In this document: one piece after another, positions 34,101-44,384 of the stretch
Layout of the letters: each line of letters starts with the position of its first letter
How positions within the stretch are numbered: the stretch's first letter is position 1
Origin: an uncultured Acidobacteriota bacterium
GTDB taxonomy: Bacteria > Acidobacteriota > Polarisedimenticolia > J045
NCBI GenBank assembly: GCA_963702425.1
Contig: CAVPCQ010000021.1
Location: forward strand, 64,001-128,000
Reading direction: 5' to 3'
DNA: 64,000 nt
Translations under genes and position numbers: made by a program
The notes under the pieces: generated by a model
What the model was told of the DNA's origin: nothing
Databases searched by the model: none
What the model saw: only the letters and a program-made list of their open reading frames with translations

Positions 34101-34196
34101 CACGCCGAGCGCGCCGACCGCGAGAGCGGCGACCAGGACGAGCGCGGCAGCGGACCACCGGGAGGCGGAACGCGGACTCTGTGTGGCGGCGGACAT
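28193..34196 (-). CDS. Bacterial alpha-2-macroglobulin (YfhM-like) with thioester motif, frameshift near 28440
   Basis: IYRPGD, FRVEEYR, LPDNLTTYRVMA and YPYGCAEQ thioester. True C-terminus (RDDR...AAEMYRPETFGR) lies in ORF 28193..28456. Confidence 0.92.
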
Positions 34197-34286
34197 GGGA
34201 GCCCCCGGAGCGAAGGGGCGACGATGATACGCCGAACGGACTCGCGCGGGCCGGGAACGCGCCGCGTCGCGCCGCGTCTCAGGGCG

Positions 34287-35051
34287 CTACGGCCCGCCGC
34301 AGGGCCGGAAGTGATCCATGAACGCGGCGATCTCCTGCGGGTCGCCGCAGCTCCCGGCAAGGGCGGCGCCGACGGCGGCGGCGGACGCGGCCGGGTCGGC
34401 GGCGTCCGGCTTCAGGCCCTTGGCCGCCTCCGGCTCCGGGCAGAACCAGATCGCGATCCGCTGCTTGCCGTCCGCCGGCGCGCACTTGGGCATGACGAGC
34501 GCCGACAGCCCCTGCACGCTGTGCTCGTTCATCTGAAGCGAACCGCGCTTGACCAGGTAGAGCAGGCTCTCCGCGCCGGCGCGCCCCTCGAGCGTTCCGC
34601 GGGCCAGCACGTCGCCCGGGCCAATGTTGATCTTGTTGCGGCGCAGCGCGTCGACGTCGTCGGTCTTGCCCGTGACGAAATCCTCGATCTCCTGCGGGTT
34701 GCCGCCGAGGCGCATCGACCGCATGTAGATCAGCCCGCGCGCGCCGAAGCCGGGAATGTTCCCCTTGTCGTCCGGCGCCTTGTCGGTCAGGACCGCGATG
34801 TCCGCGATGTAGGGGATGCTGAGCGCGACCATCGCGTAATACCCCTCGGGCAGCTCCGTCGCCCCGAGCACGCGTTTGGCCTTCTCGGTGCGGGTCGCCG
34901 GGTCCTTCAGCTCCCGCTCGACCCCTTTCCCCCACTGCACGAGCATGAACCCCGCGCCGCAGACGACGAGGCCGAGCGCGACGATCGCGACGAGGCAGCC
35001 GCCCAGGAACCAGCTCCAGGAATTGCTGCCCGACTGGGACCCATTGGCCAT
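34287..35051 (-). CDS. Hypothetical membrane-anchored protein
   Basis: N-terminal TM helix with GC motif, followed by a globular domain. Confidence 0.75.
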   Translation of the reverse strand: MANGSQSGSNSWSWFLGGCLVAIVALGLVVCGAGFMLVQWGKGVERELKDPATRTEKAKRVLGATELPEGYYAMVALSIPYIADIAVLTDKAPDDKGNIPGFGARGLIYMRSMRLGGNPQEIEDFVTGKTDDVDALRRNKINIGPGDVLARGTLEGRAGAESLLYLVKRGSLQMNEHSVQGLSALVMPKCAPADGKQRIAIWFCPEPEAAKGLKPDAADPAASAAAVGAALAGSCGDPQEIAAFMDHFRPCGGP

Positions 35052-35158
35052 GGTACGGTCAGGTTACCGCCGCCGGGGGGGGTCCGGGAAGCGGGTGCCT
35101 CGACCGCTCGGGCGGCCGGCGGGACCGCACGGCGCAGCACCCGGCGGGCCGGAGTAGG

Positions 35159-36418
35159 ATGCGCGGGGGTGCACCGATGACGGCTCCGCAGGTCGGAGAT
35201 CGGGGCGGCGACCGGCGCCACCGGGGCGCAGCACAACCCGGTGCCCGGGGCGCGAACCCGGCCTTCCCGGCGCTTCTGCTCGTGCTGTGGCTGCTGCCCG
35301 AACCGGCGCTGTCCGGCGCCGCCGAGGCGCCGCTCGCCTGCGGAGAGCGCGGCGCCTTCGTCCGGATCGATACCGCCGAGGTGCGGATCGTCGAAAGCTT
35401 CGCACTGATCCGGTCCATGGAATGGTACCGCGCGCGCCCGGAGTGGCAGGAGGGGCGAGGCGAGCAGGCGAAGCGCGGCGACGAGGCGATGATCGTGGAG
35501 CCTGCACGCGGTGCCGTGAAGTACCTGGCGGAACGGACTGGGCTGCCCTGCACCGCTTGCGACGCCGACGGGTCCGTCGATTGGGACTCCCTGGGGGACG
35601 ACCTGGCGCTTTGGAAGCGCGCCGCGACAGACTACGGGCCGCGCTCCCGGCGCGAGCTGCTCGACGAGCAACGGGCGTGCGTCTCCCGCGCCGTCCACGC
35701 GCGCGTCGCCGAGCTCGACGCGATCGGAAGGGCGATTCGAGCCGGGAGGGACGGCACGGAGACGGGCACGGATCCGTTGCCGGACCGCGTCCAGCTCGCC
35801 TTTTCCTCGCTGGCCGCCGCGGAGGTCGCGCTGGATCCCTTGGCGAGGCGCCCGGCCTGGACGACGCGCGAGATCGAGCAAGCGCTCGCGTTCGCCGCAC
35901 GCCTGAAAACGTTTCTCGACCGCGGCACGCCGGAGGCGTGGCGTGCGCTCGCCGGGCTCGAGGATCCGGCGGCGTACGCGGCCGCAGTCCGGACCGAGGC
36001 CGCGGCCGTGGTGTCCCGCACGGACGCGCTACGGGTGCGCCTCGACGCCTTCGAGCGGGACCTCATTGAGTTCGTCGAGCTCGGATCACCGGCGCCACCT
36101 TCGGGAGGCGGCGCGCCGGACGGACGCTCGGAACAGGAGCACGCCCGAGGCGAGCGCCTCGTGAACGAGACCGTGAGCCTCGCCGCGGGCACCCACGAGT
36201 GCCGGCGGATCCGAGTGCGCGAGGGCGAGCGCACGGCGGCGACCGTTACGCTGTGCCTTCCCTCCGCGACCCTGATGATGGAGACGGCGATGGTGCTCCA
36301 GCACAGGGACGGGCTGGCGGCGCTCCGGGAACGGATCGCGGCCTTCCGCCGGGCGATCGACGACACGGCCGCTATGGCGACCCGCGGCGTCCGCTTCGAT
36401 CCGGCCGGAGGCGGCTGA
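35159..36418 (+). CDS. Hypothetical exported protein (start uncertain)
   Basis: Hydrophobic stretch ALLLVLWLLP, helical composition, CTAC motif. No family recognised. Confidence 0.6.
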   Translation: MRGGAPMTAPQVGDRGGDRRHRGAAQPGARGANPAFPALLLVLWLLPEPALSGAAEAPLACGERGAFVRIDTAEVRIVESFALIRSMEWYRARPEWQEGRGEQAKRGDEAMIVEPARGAVKYLAERTGLPCTACDADGSVDWDSLGDDLALWKRAATDYGPRSRRELLDEQRACVSRAVHARVAELDAIGRAIRAGRDGTETGTDPLPDRVQLAFSSLAAAEVALDPLARRPAWTTREIEQALAFAARLKTFLDRGTPEAWRALAGLEDPAAYAAAVRTEAAAVVSRTDALRVRLDAFERDLIEFVELGSPAPPSGGGAPDGRSEQEHARGERLVNETVSLAAGTHECRRIRVREGERTAATVTLCLPSATLMMETAMVLQHRDGLAALRERIAAFRRAIDDTAAMATRGVRFDPAGGG

Positions 36419-36436
36419 GCGGGACCGGGAGCGCCG

Positions 36437-36832
36437 TCACCAGATCGTTTCGACCAAGCCGCTCTCCCGCATCACCTCGTCCCGCGTGATGAGCGGGATC
36501 CCCTCGGCCCGCGCCGTCGCCGCGATCAGCCGATCGGCCGGGTCGCGGGGGAAGCCGTCCGGGAACTGGACCGCCAGCGCCGCGATCGCCGGCGTGATCT
36601 CGCGTATCGCGACCCCTGTCCGCTCGAGCAGCTCCTGGAGCCAGGACTCGACGGTCCCCCGGATCCGCAGCCGCCCCGCCGCCACGAGCATCGCGATCTC
36701 CCAGAGCGTGATCGAGGCGGCCGCCAGGCCACCGGATCGGGCGGCACGCCGGATCGCCCGAGCGGCCGGCTTCGACAGCCGCTCGGGCGCGACCCCGAGG
36801 AAGAGCAGCGCGTGCGTGTCGAGCAGCGTCAC
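36437..36832 (-). CDS. VapC/PIN domain toxin
   Basis: LLDTHAL, SITLWEIAML, RDPADRLIAATA and LITRD motifs. Confidence 0.92.
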   Translation of the reverse strand: MTLLDTHALLFLGVAPERLSKPAARAIRRAARSGGLAAASITLWEIAMLVAAGRLRIRGTVESWLQELLERTGVAIREITPAIAALAVQFPDGFPRDPADRLIAATARAEGIPLITRDEVMRESGLVETIW

Positions 36833-37068
36833 CGCCCGCCCTTCCACGCCGACGGCGGCAGCACGGGCGACTCGACGTCCCCGACGATCGACGCCGTTCC
36901 CACCATGCAGCCGAAGATGTCGGCAGCCGGCGCGGGCGGCGGCACGAGCCGGGCAACGGGCACGCCACGCTTCGTGATCACGATCTCGCCGCCGCGCTCG
37001 CGGACCTGGTCCATCAGGGCGAGGCATCGGGCCTTGAACTCGCCGGCGGGGATGGTCGTCATGGTCAT
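36829..37068 (-). CDS. Phd/YefM family antitoxin
   Basis: AGEFKARCLALMDQV...IVITKRGVPVARLVP. GTGA overlap with the toxin gene. Confidence 0.92.
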   Translation of the reverse strand: MTMTTIPAGEFKARCLALMDQVRERGGEIVITKRGVPVARLVPPPAPAADIFGCMVGTASIVGDVESPVLPPSAWKGGR

Positions 37069-37089
37069 ATCGTTGTGACCATGATTATA
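37060..37089 (-). promoter_or_regulatory. TA operon -10 box and operator palindrome
   Basis: TATAAT at 37089-37084 followed by CATGGTCA-N8-TGACCATG overlapping the antitoxin start. Confidence 0.7.
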
Positions 37090-37158
37090 TGGCGGCATCG
37101 CGGCGCGGTCGAGTCCAGGATCGCGGCGATGTCCCGCGCACGGGAACAGAGCGCGGGT

Positions 37159-37184
37159 GGGCGGCCACGGAGGGCCGCCCCTAC
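37159..37184 (-). repeat. GTAG-type REP, single copy
   Basis: GTAGGGGCGGCCCTCCGTGGCCGCCC. Its TAG is the stop codon of the 37181..37843 gene. Confidence 0.75.
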
Positions 37185-37843
37185 GGTTGCGGGCTGGGCA
37201 CCGCCGTTCCTTCCCGCCCCAGGATCGACCGCCACGGGAAGAAGTAGGCCGCGAAGACCACCGCGTAGACGCCGAACGAATCCAGCCCCAGCATCCCCGC
37301 GAAGAAGAAGAAGAAGATCAGCAGGTGCATCCGCACGACGTTGCGGTACGGCGCGCTCATGATGTCGCGCCCGCCGCGCTGGCGGACGTCGAACGCGGCG
37401 GTCCACGCGTCGCGCAGCGCGGCCCGCTCGGCCAGGAAGGCGGCGGCGAGGAACGGCCAGTAGCGGCGGAAGACCTCGACGTAGAGCGCATCGCCCGGGA
37501 AGCGCTTCGGGTCCTCGATCGGGAAGAAGAGGTTGAGGAAGACCGAGTGGACGAAGTGGAAGCCGCCGAAGTGGACCGTGAAGAAGACCAGCAGGAACGC
37601 GCCGCCGGCCAGCGACAGGCCGAGCCCGAGCGGGCGCCCGAGCTTCTCCATCGCCTGCGACGCGCGGAAGGCGCCGCGCCCGATCGCGATCACGATCGTC
37701 GCGTAGCCGACGACCAGGCTCGACAGCCAGAGGCTCCAGACCAGGTCCCGGGCCTGCCAGCCGTAGACCCAGGCCATGCCGAGCCCCGCGGCGAAGGCGA
37801 GCAGGTCGAGCAGGATCGCGATCGGGCGCTGCTGTGCGTTCAT
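37181..37843 (-). CDS. Integral membrane protein (DUF6498-like)
   Basis: Multiple TM helices, FFTVHFGGFHFVHSVFL and PYRNVVRMH motifs. Confidence 0.75.
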   Translation of the reverse strand: MNAQQRPIAILLDLLAFAAGLGMAWVYGWQARDLVWSLWLSSLVVGYATIVIAIGRGAFRASQAMEKLGRPLGLGLSLAGGAFLLVFFTVHFGGFHFVHSVFLNLFFPIEDPKRFPGDALYVEVFRRYWPFLAAAFLAERAALRDAWTAAFDVRQRGGRDIMSAPYRNVVRMHLLIFFFFFAGMLGLDSFGVYAVVFAAYFFPWRSILGREGTAVPSPQP

Positions 37844-37906
37844 CGGGCGCGGTCCTCCCTCCCCGGAAGATAGGTCGGGAGGCGCGGCGCGTCCGCCGCG
37901 CCCGCC

Positions 37907-39262
37907 TCAGTGCACGATCCCGAACACGAAGTACCCCAGGCACAGCGCCGACAGCACCAGCATCCCGGCGTTCAGCTCGCGCCAGCGCCCGGTCAGGAGC
38001 TTCAGGAACGGGTAGACCGCGAGGCCCGCGGTCAGCCCGTTGGCGATGTTGTAGGTGAAGACCATCATCAGGATCGTCAGGAAGGCCGGGATCAGCTCGG
38101 TCAGGTCGTCGAAGTCGATCCCGCGCGCCGGCCCGATCATCAGCGCGCCGACGATCACCAGCGCCGGGCCGTAGGCGAAGCGCAGGCCGGCCAGCGCGCT
38201 GGCCAGCGGCACGAAGAAGAGCGTGAGCAGGAAGAGCAGCCCGGTGACCAGCGCGGAGAAACCGGTCCGCGCACCGTCCTTGATGCCGGCCGCCGACTCG
38301 ATGTACGCCCCCGCGGTCGAGGTGCCGAGCAGCGCCGAGCCCATGCAGGAGACCGCGCCGACCGTCATCGGCCTGCCGATCCCGGGAAAGTTCCCCTGCT
38401 CGTCGAGCATGTTCCCCGCCGCGCCGAGGCCGACCAGCGTGCCGAGCGTGTCGAGGAAGTCCATCAGGAAGAGGGTCAGCAGGACGGGCAGCAGGGTGAA
38501 GGAGAAGAGGCTCACCGTGCGGCCGTCCGGCAGCGTCTCGGAAAAGCGCAGCTGCCCGGCGACCTCGGTCAGCCCGCCGGGCCCCGTGAACTGCGGCCAG
38601 GCGACGACGCCCGCCGGCGGCTCGGCGTAGCCGAGGAGCATCCCCGCCGCGGCGACGACCGCGATCCCGGCCAGGATCGAGCCGCGCATGCGGCGCGCCA
38701 TCAGCACCGCGATGATCACGAGCCCGGCGAGCGAGAGCAGAACGGGTCCCGACGAGAGGTCGCCGATCTCGACCGGCACCGCCTTCCCCGCCCGCACGAT
38801 CCCGGTCTCGACCAGGCCGATGAAGCTGAGGAAGAGCCCGATCCCGACCGCGAAGGCGCGCTTCATCGAGGGGCTGATCGAGTCGGCCAACCAGCGGAAG
38901 AGCCCGGAAAGCGCAATGAGAAGGAAGAGCGCCCCGCTCACGAAGACCGCGCCGATCCGCAGCTGCCAGCCGATCCCCAGCGTCGCCATCCCGAAGGCGA
39001 TGAAGGCGTTCTCGCCCATGTACGGGGCGACGGCGATCGGCCGGTTGGCGATCAGCCCCATCAGGATCGTGCCCAGCGCGGCGGTGAGGATCGTGGCCAG
39101 CGTCGAGGGGCCGGTCGGGATCCCGGCGTTGGCGAGAATCGCCGGGTTGACGACGACGATGTAGGCCATCGTCACGAACGTCGTCACGCCGCCGGTGATC
39201 TCCTGGCGGTAGCTGGTGCCGTGTTCGTCGAAGCGGAACCAGCGCGCGGGCGATGGCGCCAT
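37907..39262 (-). CDS. NCS2 family nucleobase permease (AzgA/PbuO-like)
   Basis: TTFVTMAYIVVVNPAIL, APYMGENAF, DFLDTLGTL and YIESAAGIKDGARTG motifs. Confidence 0.92.
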   Translation of the reverse strand: MAPSPARWFRFDEHGTSYRQEITGGVTTFVTMAYIVVVNPAILANAGIPTGPSTLATILTAALGTILMGLIANRPIAVAPYMGENAFIAFGMATLGIGWQLRIGAVFVSGALFLLIALSGLFRWLADSISPSMKRAFAVGIGLFLSFIGLVETGIVRAGKAVPVEIGDLSSGPVLLSLAGLVIIAVLMARRMRGSILAGIAVVAAAGMLLGYAEPPAGVVAWPQFTGPGGLTEVAGQLRFSETLPDGRTVSLFSFTLLPVLLTLFLMDFLDTLGTLVGLGAAGNMLDEQGNFPGIGRPMTVGAVSCMGSALLGTSTAGAYIESAAGIKDGARTGFSALVTGLLFLLTLFFVPLASALAGLRFAYGPALVIVGALMIGPARGIDFDDLTELIPAFLTILMMVFTYNIANGLTAGLAVYPFLKLLTGRWRELNAGMLVLSALCLGYFVFGIVH

Positions 39263-39312
39263 CGCGACCCTCTCGGGAACGCGATGCTAGCACCGCGCAT
39301 CGGCAACGGGCG

Positions 39313-39382
39313 GTAGGGGCCGCCCTCCGTGGCGGCCCGAGGCCGCGAACGGGTCCGGGAGGGCCGCCACAGCGGCCGGCCC

Positions 39383-39386
<4 letters not shown>
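39313..39386. repeat. REP doublet (REPIN-like)
   Basis: GTAGGGGCCGCCCTCCGTGGCGGCCC ... GGGCCGCCACAGCGGCCGGCCCCTAC. The first 26 nt are identical to 55553-55578. Confidence 0.8.
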
Positions 39387-40684
<1,298 letters not shown>

Positions 40685-40822
40685 TCGTCACAGACGGCCG
40701 CATGCGATCTCGTTTCACCATAACCCGGCCCGTGACGACCCGCCGCCCGTTCCGCGGCATCCGTAATAGGTACGCCGAAGGCGGCGTGGAACAAGGGGCT
40801 CGCGGTGTTCGCCCTTGTTCGA

Positions 40823-40981
40823 TCAGGGGCAGGCGCCTCCGGACAGGGCGATCCCGGGGTCGCGCAGCCCGGCCACCCGCCCCGGACTGGACGAGTCGTA
40901 GGTCCCGGGGCCGGCGCAGTTGACCACGCGCGCGAAGTACCAGAAGGCTTCCCCGTCCGCCTCGCCTGCCCCCGCAACCAC
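40823..40981 (-). pseudogene. Orphan copy of the conserved C-terminal domain (gene remnant or ~52-aa ORF)
   Basis: Translates AFWYFARVVNCAGPGTYDSSSPGRVAGLRDPGIALSGGACP-TGA. The frame is closed upstream by TGA at 41078-41080 and has no ATG. Confidence 0.7.
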
Positions 40982-41327
40982 CCCCGGCGAGGGGGCGTCC
41001 GCAGCGTGCAGAGGATCGATCCCTCCGGGGCTCTTTGCGCGGATGTTTGCACACGATTGAACAGGAATGACTTGCAGTCAGCCGAGGACGGCCTGAGATC
41101 TTCCGCGCGCTCCTTGGGCAGGCTCCTTCTCCCCACATCGTCACCCGCTCCGGAACCGCCGGGGCCGTAGCGTTCCCGTGGAAGGTGACGCGGAACGGCC
41201 CGTTGCGGCGGGCCGCTTCGCGAGGGCGCGGCCGAGCGGCTTGCGTCGGAGGGGACCCGAGACGGAAGCGGCGCGCCCGACCGGCGCCGGCCGACCCGGG
41301 ACCCGCTTCCGGGACGGGCCACCCCCC

Positions 41328-41371
41328 GTCACCGCTTTGTGACCGCCACGGAACCGCCCGGAGACCGCCGC
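41328..41371 (+). promoter_or_regulatory. Four direct repeats with 11-bp period upstream of the sulfate operon
   Basis: GTCACCGCTTT GTGACCGCCAC GGAACCGCCCG GAGACCGCCGC. ACCGC starts at 41331, 41342, 41353 and 41364. Confidence 0.55.
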
Positions 41372-41372
41372 G

Positions 41373-43274
41373 ATGTCGATCGTTCTCGACCAGCTGACCA
41401 AGCGCTTCGAGGGCGTCCCGGTCGTCAACCACGTCTCGCTCGAGATCGCCGACGGCGAGTTCTTCGTCCTGCTCGGACCGTCGGGATCCGGGAAGAGCAC
41501 GATCCTGCGGATGATCGCCGGCCTGACCGGCGTCGACGGCGGCCGAATCCTGCTGCAGGGGCGCGACGTGACCACGCTGGCGCCGCAGTCACGGCACATC
41601 GGCTTCGTCTTCCAGCACTACGCGCTGTTCCGCCACATGACGGCGGCGGAGAACGTCGAGTTCGGGCTGAAGATCAAGAAGGTCGCCGCCGCGGAGCGCA
41701 AGCGGCGCGTGGACGCGCTGCTCGAGCTGGTCGGGCTCGCCGGCCTCGGCGGTCGCCGCCCGGTGCAGCTGTCGGGCGGCCAGCAGCAGCGGGTCGCGCT
41801 GGCCCGCGCGCTGGCGTTGCAGCCCTCCGTGATGCTGCTCGACGAGCCTTTCGGGGCCCTCGACGCCCGGATCCGCAACGAGCTGCGGCGGGTCGTGAAG
41901 CGGATCCACAAGGATCTCGGGATCACGACGATCTTCGTGACCCACGACCAGGAGGAGGCGTTCGGCCTGGCCGACCGCCTGGGAGTGATGAACCACGGCC
42001 GGCTGCTCGAGGTCGGCCCGCCCGACGAGCTCTACCTGCGGCCGCAGACCGAGTTCGTGGCGACCTTCCTCGGGACGGCGAACCTGCTGCTCGGCGAGTG
42101 CACCGAGAGCGAGGTCCGCGTCGGCCCGCTCTCCTTCCCGCTCGGGACCGAGACCCCGGCCGACGTCGCCGTCCGGCGCGTGCAGGTGCTCTTCCGCCCG
42201 GAAGACGTGGCCCTTTCGCCGTGGAACGACGACGCGCCGGCCGCATCGCTGGGGGCGGGCGAGGTCGAAGAGGTCGTCTTCGCCGGCGACCAGCAGCGGC
42301 TGCGGCTGAAGCTGCCGGCGCTCGGGGGGGTGCGGCCGATCGCGCCGCCCGTCCCGTTCGGCAGCGAGTCGATGCTGGTCGAGACGATCCGCTCGCAGGA
42401 GCAGGCGCGCGCGCTGCCGCTGGTCGCCGGCGACCGGGCCTGGGTCGGCGTGCGGCGGATCCACGCCCTGACCCACCCCGGCCTTTCGTTCCTGATGATC
42501 ACCGACGGATCCGCGGTCTCGCACGCGGCGCTCGGGCTGGGGAGCTACATCGCGCGCCAGGCCCACGCCCGGGCGACGGTGATCGGCTGCGGACGCGACA
42601 ACGCCGAGGCCGCCGCCGCGCTGCTGCGCGTGCGCGAGGCGCTGGGCCAGGGCGTCGCGTCGCTCGACGTCCGGATGAGCCCCGACGCGCCGGGCGCGGC
42701 CGTGACGCGCGAGGCGGAGCGCGAGCTGTTCGACCTCGTCGTGCTGGGTTTCCCGGCCGACGGCCTGGGTGACCTGCTGCGCCAGCTGCTCAACGCCGGC
42801 GACCACCACGTGCTGCTGGTCCGCGAGTCGCTCCCCGCGATCACGCGCGCCCTGGTCTGCGTCGGCGTCAGCGAGCCCGGGAAGCAGGACGTCCTCTTCG
42901 TCGCCCGCCTGCTGCGCCACCTGGGCGCGGAGGCCACCCTTCTGTCGGTCCTCGGCAAGGGGGACCAGAGCGCGGGCGCGGAGACGCAGGCAGAGCGCTT
43001 CCTCGCCGGCGGGCAGCGCACCTGCGCGCTGCTCGGCGTGCCGTCGCGCGCGCTCGTCCGGCACGGCGAGCTGGGCGACGAGATCCGCACCGAGCTGCGG
43101 GCGGGCGCCTACGACCTGCTCGTGCTGGGTGCGCCGCTCAGCAAGGACGACGCCGAGGTCGCGCTCTCCGCGCGCGCGCGCGACGCCTTGCGCGAACACG
43201 GACATACCCCGGTGCTCATCGTCCGCTCCGCGGTCGTGAGCCCGGCCCCCCACCCCGCCCACGATGAGGTGTGA
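41373..43274 (+). CDS. cysA: Sulfate ABC transporter ATPase (CysA-like) fused to two USP-like domains
   Basis: GPSGSGKS, FVFQHYALFRHMT, LSGGQ, LLDEPFGALD and VTHDQEEA motifs. ~260-aa extension with ITDGS..S..AL and YDLLVLG...PVLIVR USP patterns. Confidence 0.88.
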   Translation: MSIVLDQLTKRFEGVPVVNHVSLEIADGEFFVLLGPSGSGKSTILRMIAGLTGVDGGRILLQGRDVTTLAPQSRHIGFVFQHYALFRHMTAAENVEFGLKIKKVAAAERKRRVDALLELVGLAGLGGRRPVQLSGGQQQRVALARALALQPSVMLLDEPFGALDARIRNELRRVVKRIHKDLGITTIFVTHDQEEAFGLADRLGVMNHGRLLEVGPPDELYLRPQTEFVATFLGTANLLLGECTESEVRVGPLSFPLGTETPADVAVRRVQVLFRPEDVALSPWNDDAPAASLGAGEVEEVVFAGDQQRLRLKLPALGGVRPIAPPVPFGSESMLVETIRSQEQARALPLVAGDRAWVGVRRIHALTHPGLSFLMITDGSAVSHAALGLGSYIARQAHARATVIGCGRDNAEAAAALLRVREALGQGVASLDVRMSPDAPGAAVTREAERELFDLVVLGFPADGLGDLLRQLLNAGDHHVLLVRESLPAITRALVCVGVSEPGKQDVLFVARLLRHLGAEATLLSVLGKGDQSAGAETQAERFLAGGQRTCALLGVPSRALVRHGELGDEIRTELRAGAYDLLVLGAPLSKDDAEVALSARARDALREHGHTPVLIVRSAVVSPAPHPAHDEV

Positions 43275-43278
43275 AGCC

Positions 43279-44364
43279 ATGACGAAACGGCACGCGCCAC
43301 GTTCCCGACTTCCCGGATCTCCCGCGCTCCTCGTCCTGATTGCGGCGCTCGCCGTGTTCGGCGTGTCGTGCGGCGGGGGCGGAGGCGAGAAGGCGGGCGA
43401 AGCCGGCGGTACGGCGAAGCCTGCCGCGCGGATCACCCTCGGCGCTTATACGACGCCTCGCGAGGCCTACGGCGAGATCCTCCCGCTCTTCAAGCGGGCC
43501 TGGAAGGAGCAGTCGGGCCAGGACCTGACGTTCGAGGAGTCGTACCTCGGCTCCGGCGCGCAGTCGCGCGCGATCTGCGAGGGGTTCGAGGCCGACCTCG
43601 CGGCCCTGTCCCTGGAAGCCGACATCGACCGGATCGTCGAGTCCGGCCTGATCACCCACGACTGGAAGGACAACCCGACCAAGGGGATGGTCAGCACCTC
43701 GATCGTGACCTTCGCGGTGCGCAAGGGGAACCCCAAGGGGATCCGCGACTGGGCCGACCTGGCGCGGCCCGGGGTGCAGGTCCTGACGCCCAACCCGCGC
43801 ACCAGCGGCGGCGCGATGTGGAACGTGCTGGGGCTGCTCGGCGCGGCGCGGCGGGGGTTCGTCGCCGGCGTGCCGGCGGGCGACGAGGCCGCCGCGACCG
43901 AGTTCCTGAGGCAGGTGCTCAAGAACGTCACCGTGATGGACAAGGGGGCGCGTGAGAGCATCACGAACTTCGAGAAGGGGGTCGGTGACGTCGCCATCAC
44001 CTACGAGAACGAGGTCCTCGTGGGACGCGAGCGCGGGTTGGACTACGACCTGGTCATCCCCCGCTCGACGATCCTGATCGAGAACCCCGCGGCGCTGATC
44101 GACGCCTCCGTCGACAAGCACAAGACGCGCGAGGCCACCGCGGCACTCGTCGCCTTCCTGCGCGGCCGCGAGGCGCAGGAGGTCTTCGCGCGGCACGGCC
44201 TGCGCTCGGTCGACGCGCAGGTCGCCGCAGCCCACGCGGCCCAGTACCCGCCGGTGCAGGACCTGTTCACGATCGAGCAGTTCGGCGGCTGGAAGCAGGC
44301 GGTTCCGGCGATCTTCGGCGAGCAGGGGATCTACAGCCGCGCGATCGCCGAGATGCAGCGGTAG
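43279..44364 (+). CDS. sbp: Sulfate ABC transporter substrate-binding lipoprotein
   Basis: Lipobox FGVS-C, SYLGSGAQSRA, VRKGNPKGIRDW, PNPRTSGGA and GDVAITYENE motifs. Confidence 0.92.
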   Translation: MTKRHAPRSRLPGSPALLVLIAALAVFGVSCGGGGGEKAGEAGGTAKPAARITLGAYTTPREAYGEILPLFKRAWKEQSGQDLTFEESYLGSGAQSRAICEGFEADLAALSLEADIDRIVESGLITHDWKDNPTKGMVSTSIVTFAVRKGNPKGIRDWADLARPGVQVLTPNPRTSGGAMWNVLGLLGAARRGFVAGVPAGDEAAATEFLRQVLKNVTVMDKGARESITNFEKGVGDVAITYENEVLVGRERGLDYDLVIPRSTILIENPAALIDASVDKHKTREATAALVAFLRGREAQEVFARHGLRSVDAQVAAAHAAQYPPVQDLFTIEQFGGWKQAVPAIFGEQGIYSRAIAEMQR

Positions 44365-44384
44365 CGTCCGGAGTCTCACCGGCC

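Noticed and set aside
25833-34196. 2787-aa alpha-2-macroglobulin-PBP1C fusion in the ORF track
   Set aside because: The normal A2M C-terminus with its own stop lies in another frame (28193..28456) and overlaps a GTG start for PBP1C. A single indel explains the apparent fusion.
21618-37068. tRNA-anchored genomic island ending at the TA module
   Set aside because: No integrase, no duplicated tRNA 3' end and no obvious compositional shift were seen.
41200-41330. SAM-I riboswitch ahead of the sulfate operon
   Set aside because: Only a GGAGGGGACCCG-like fragment resembles it. The ATCxAGAG, GCAACC and GGTGC core elements are missing.
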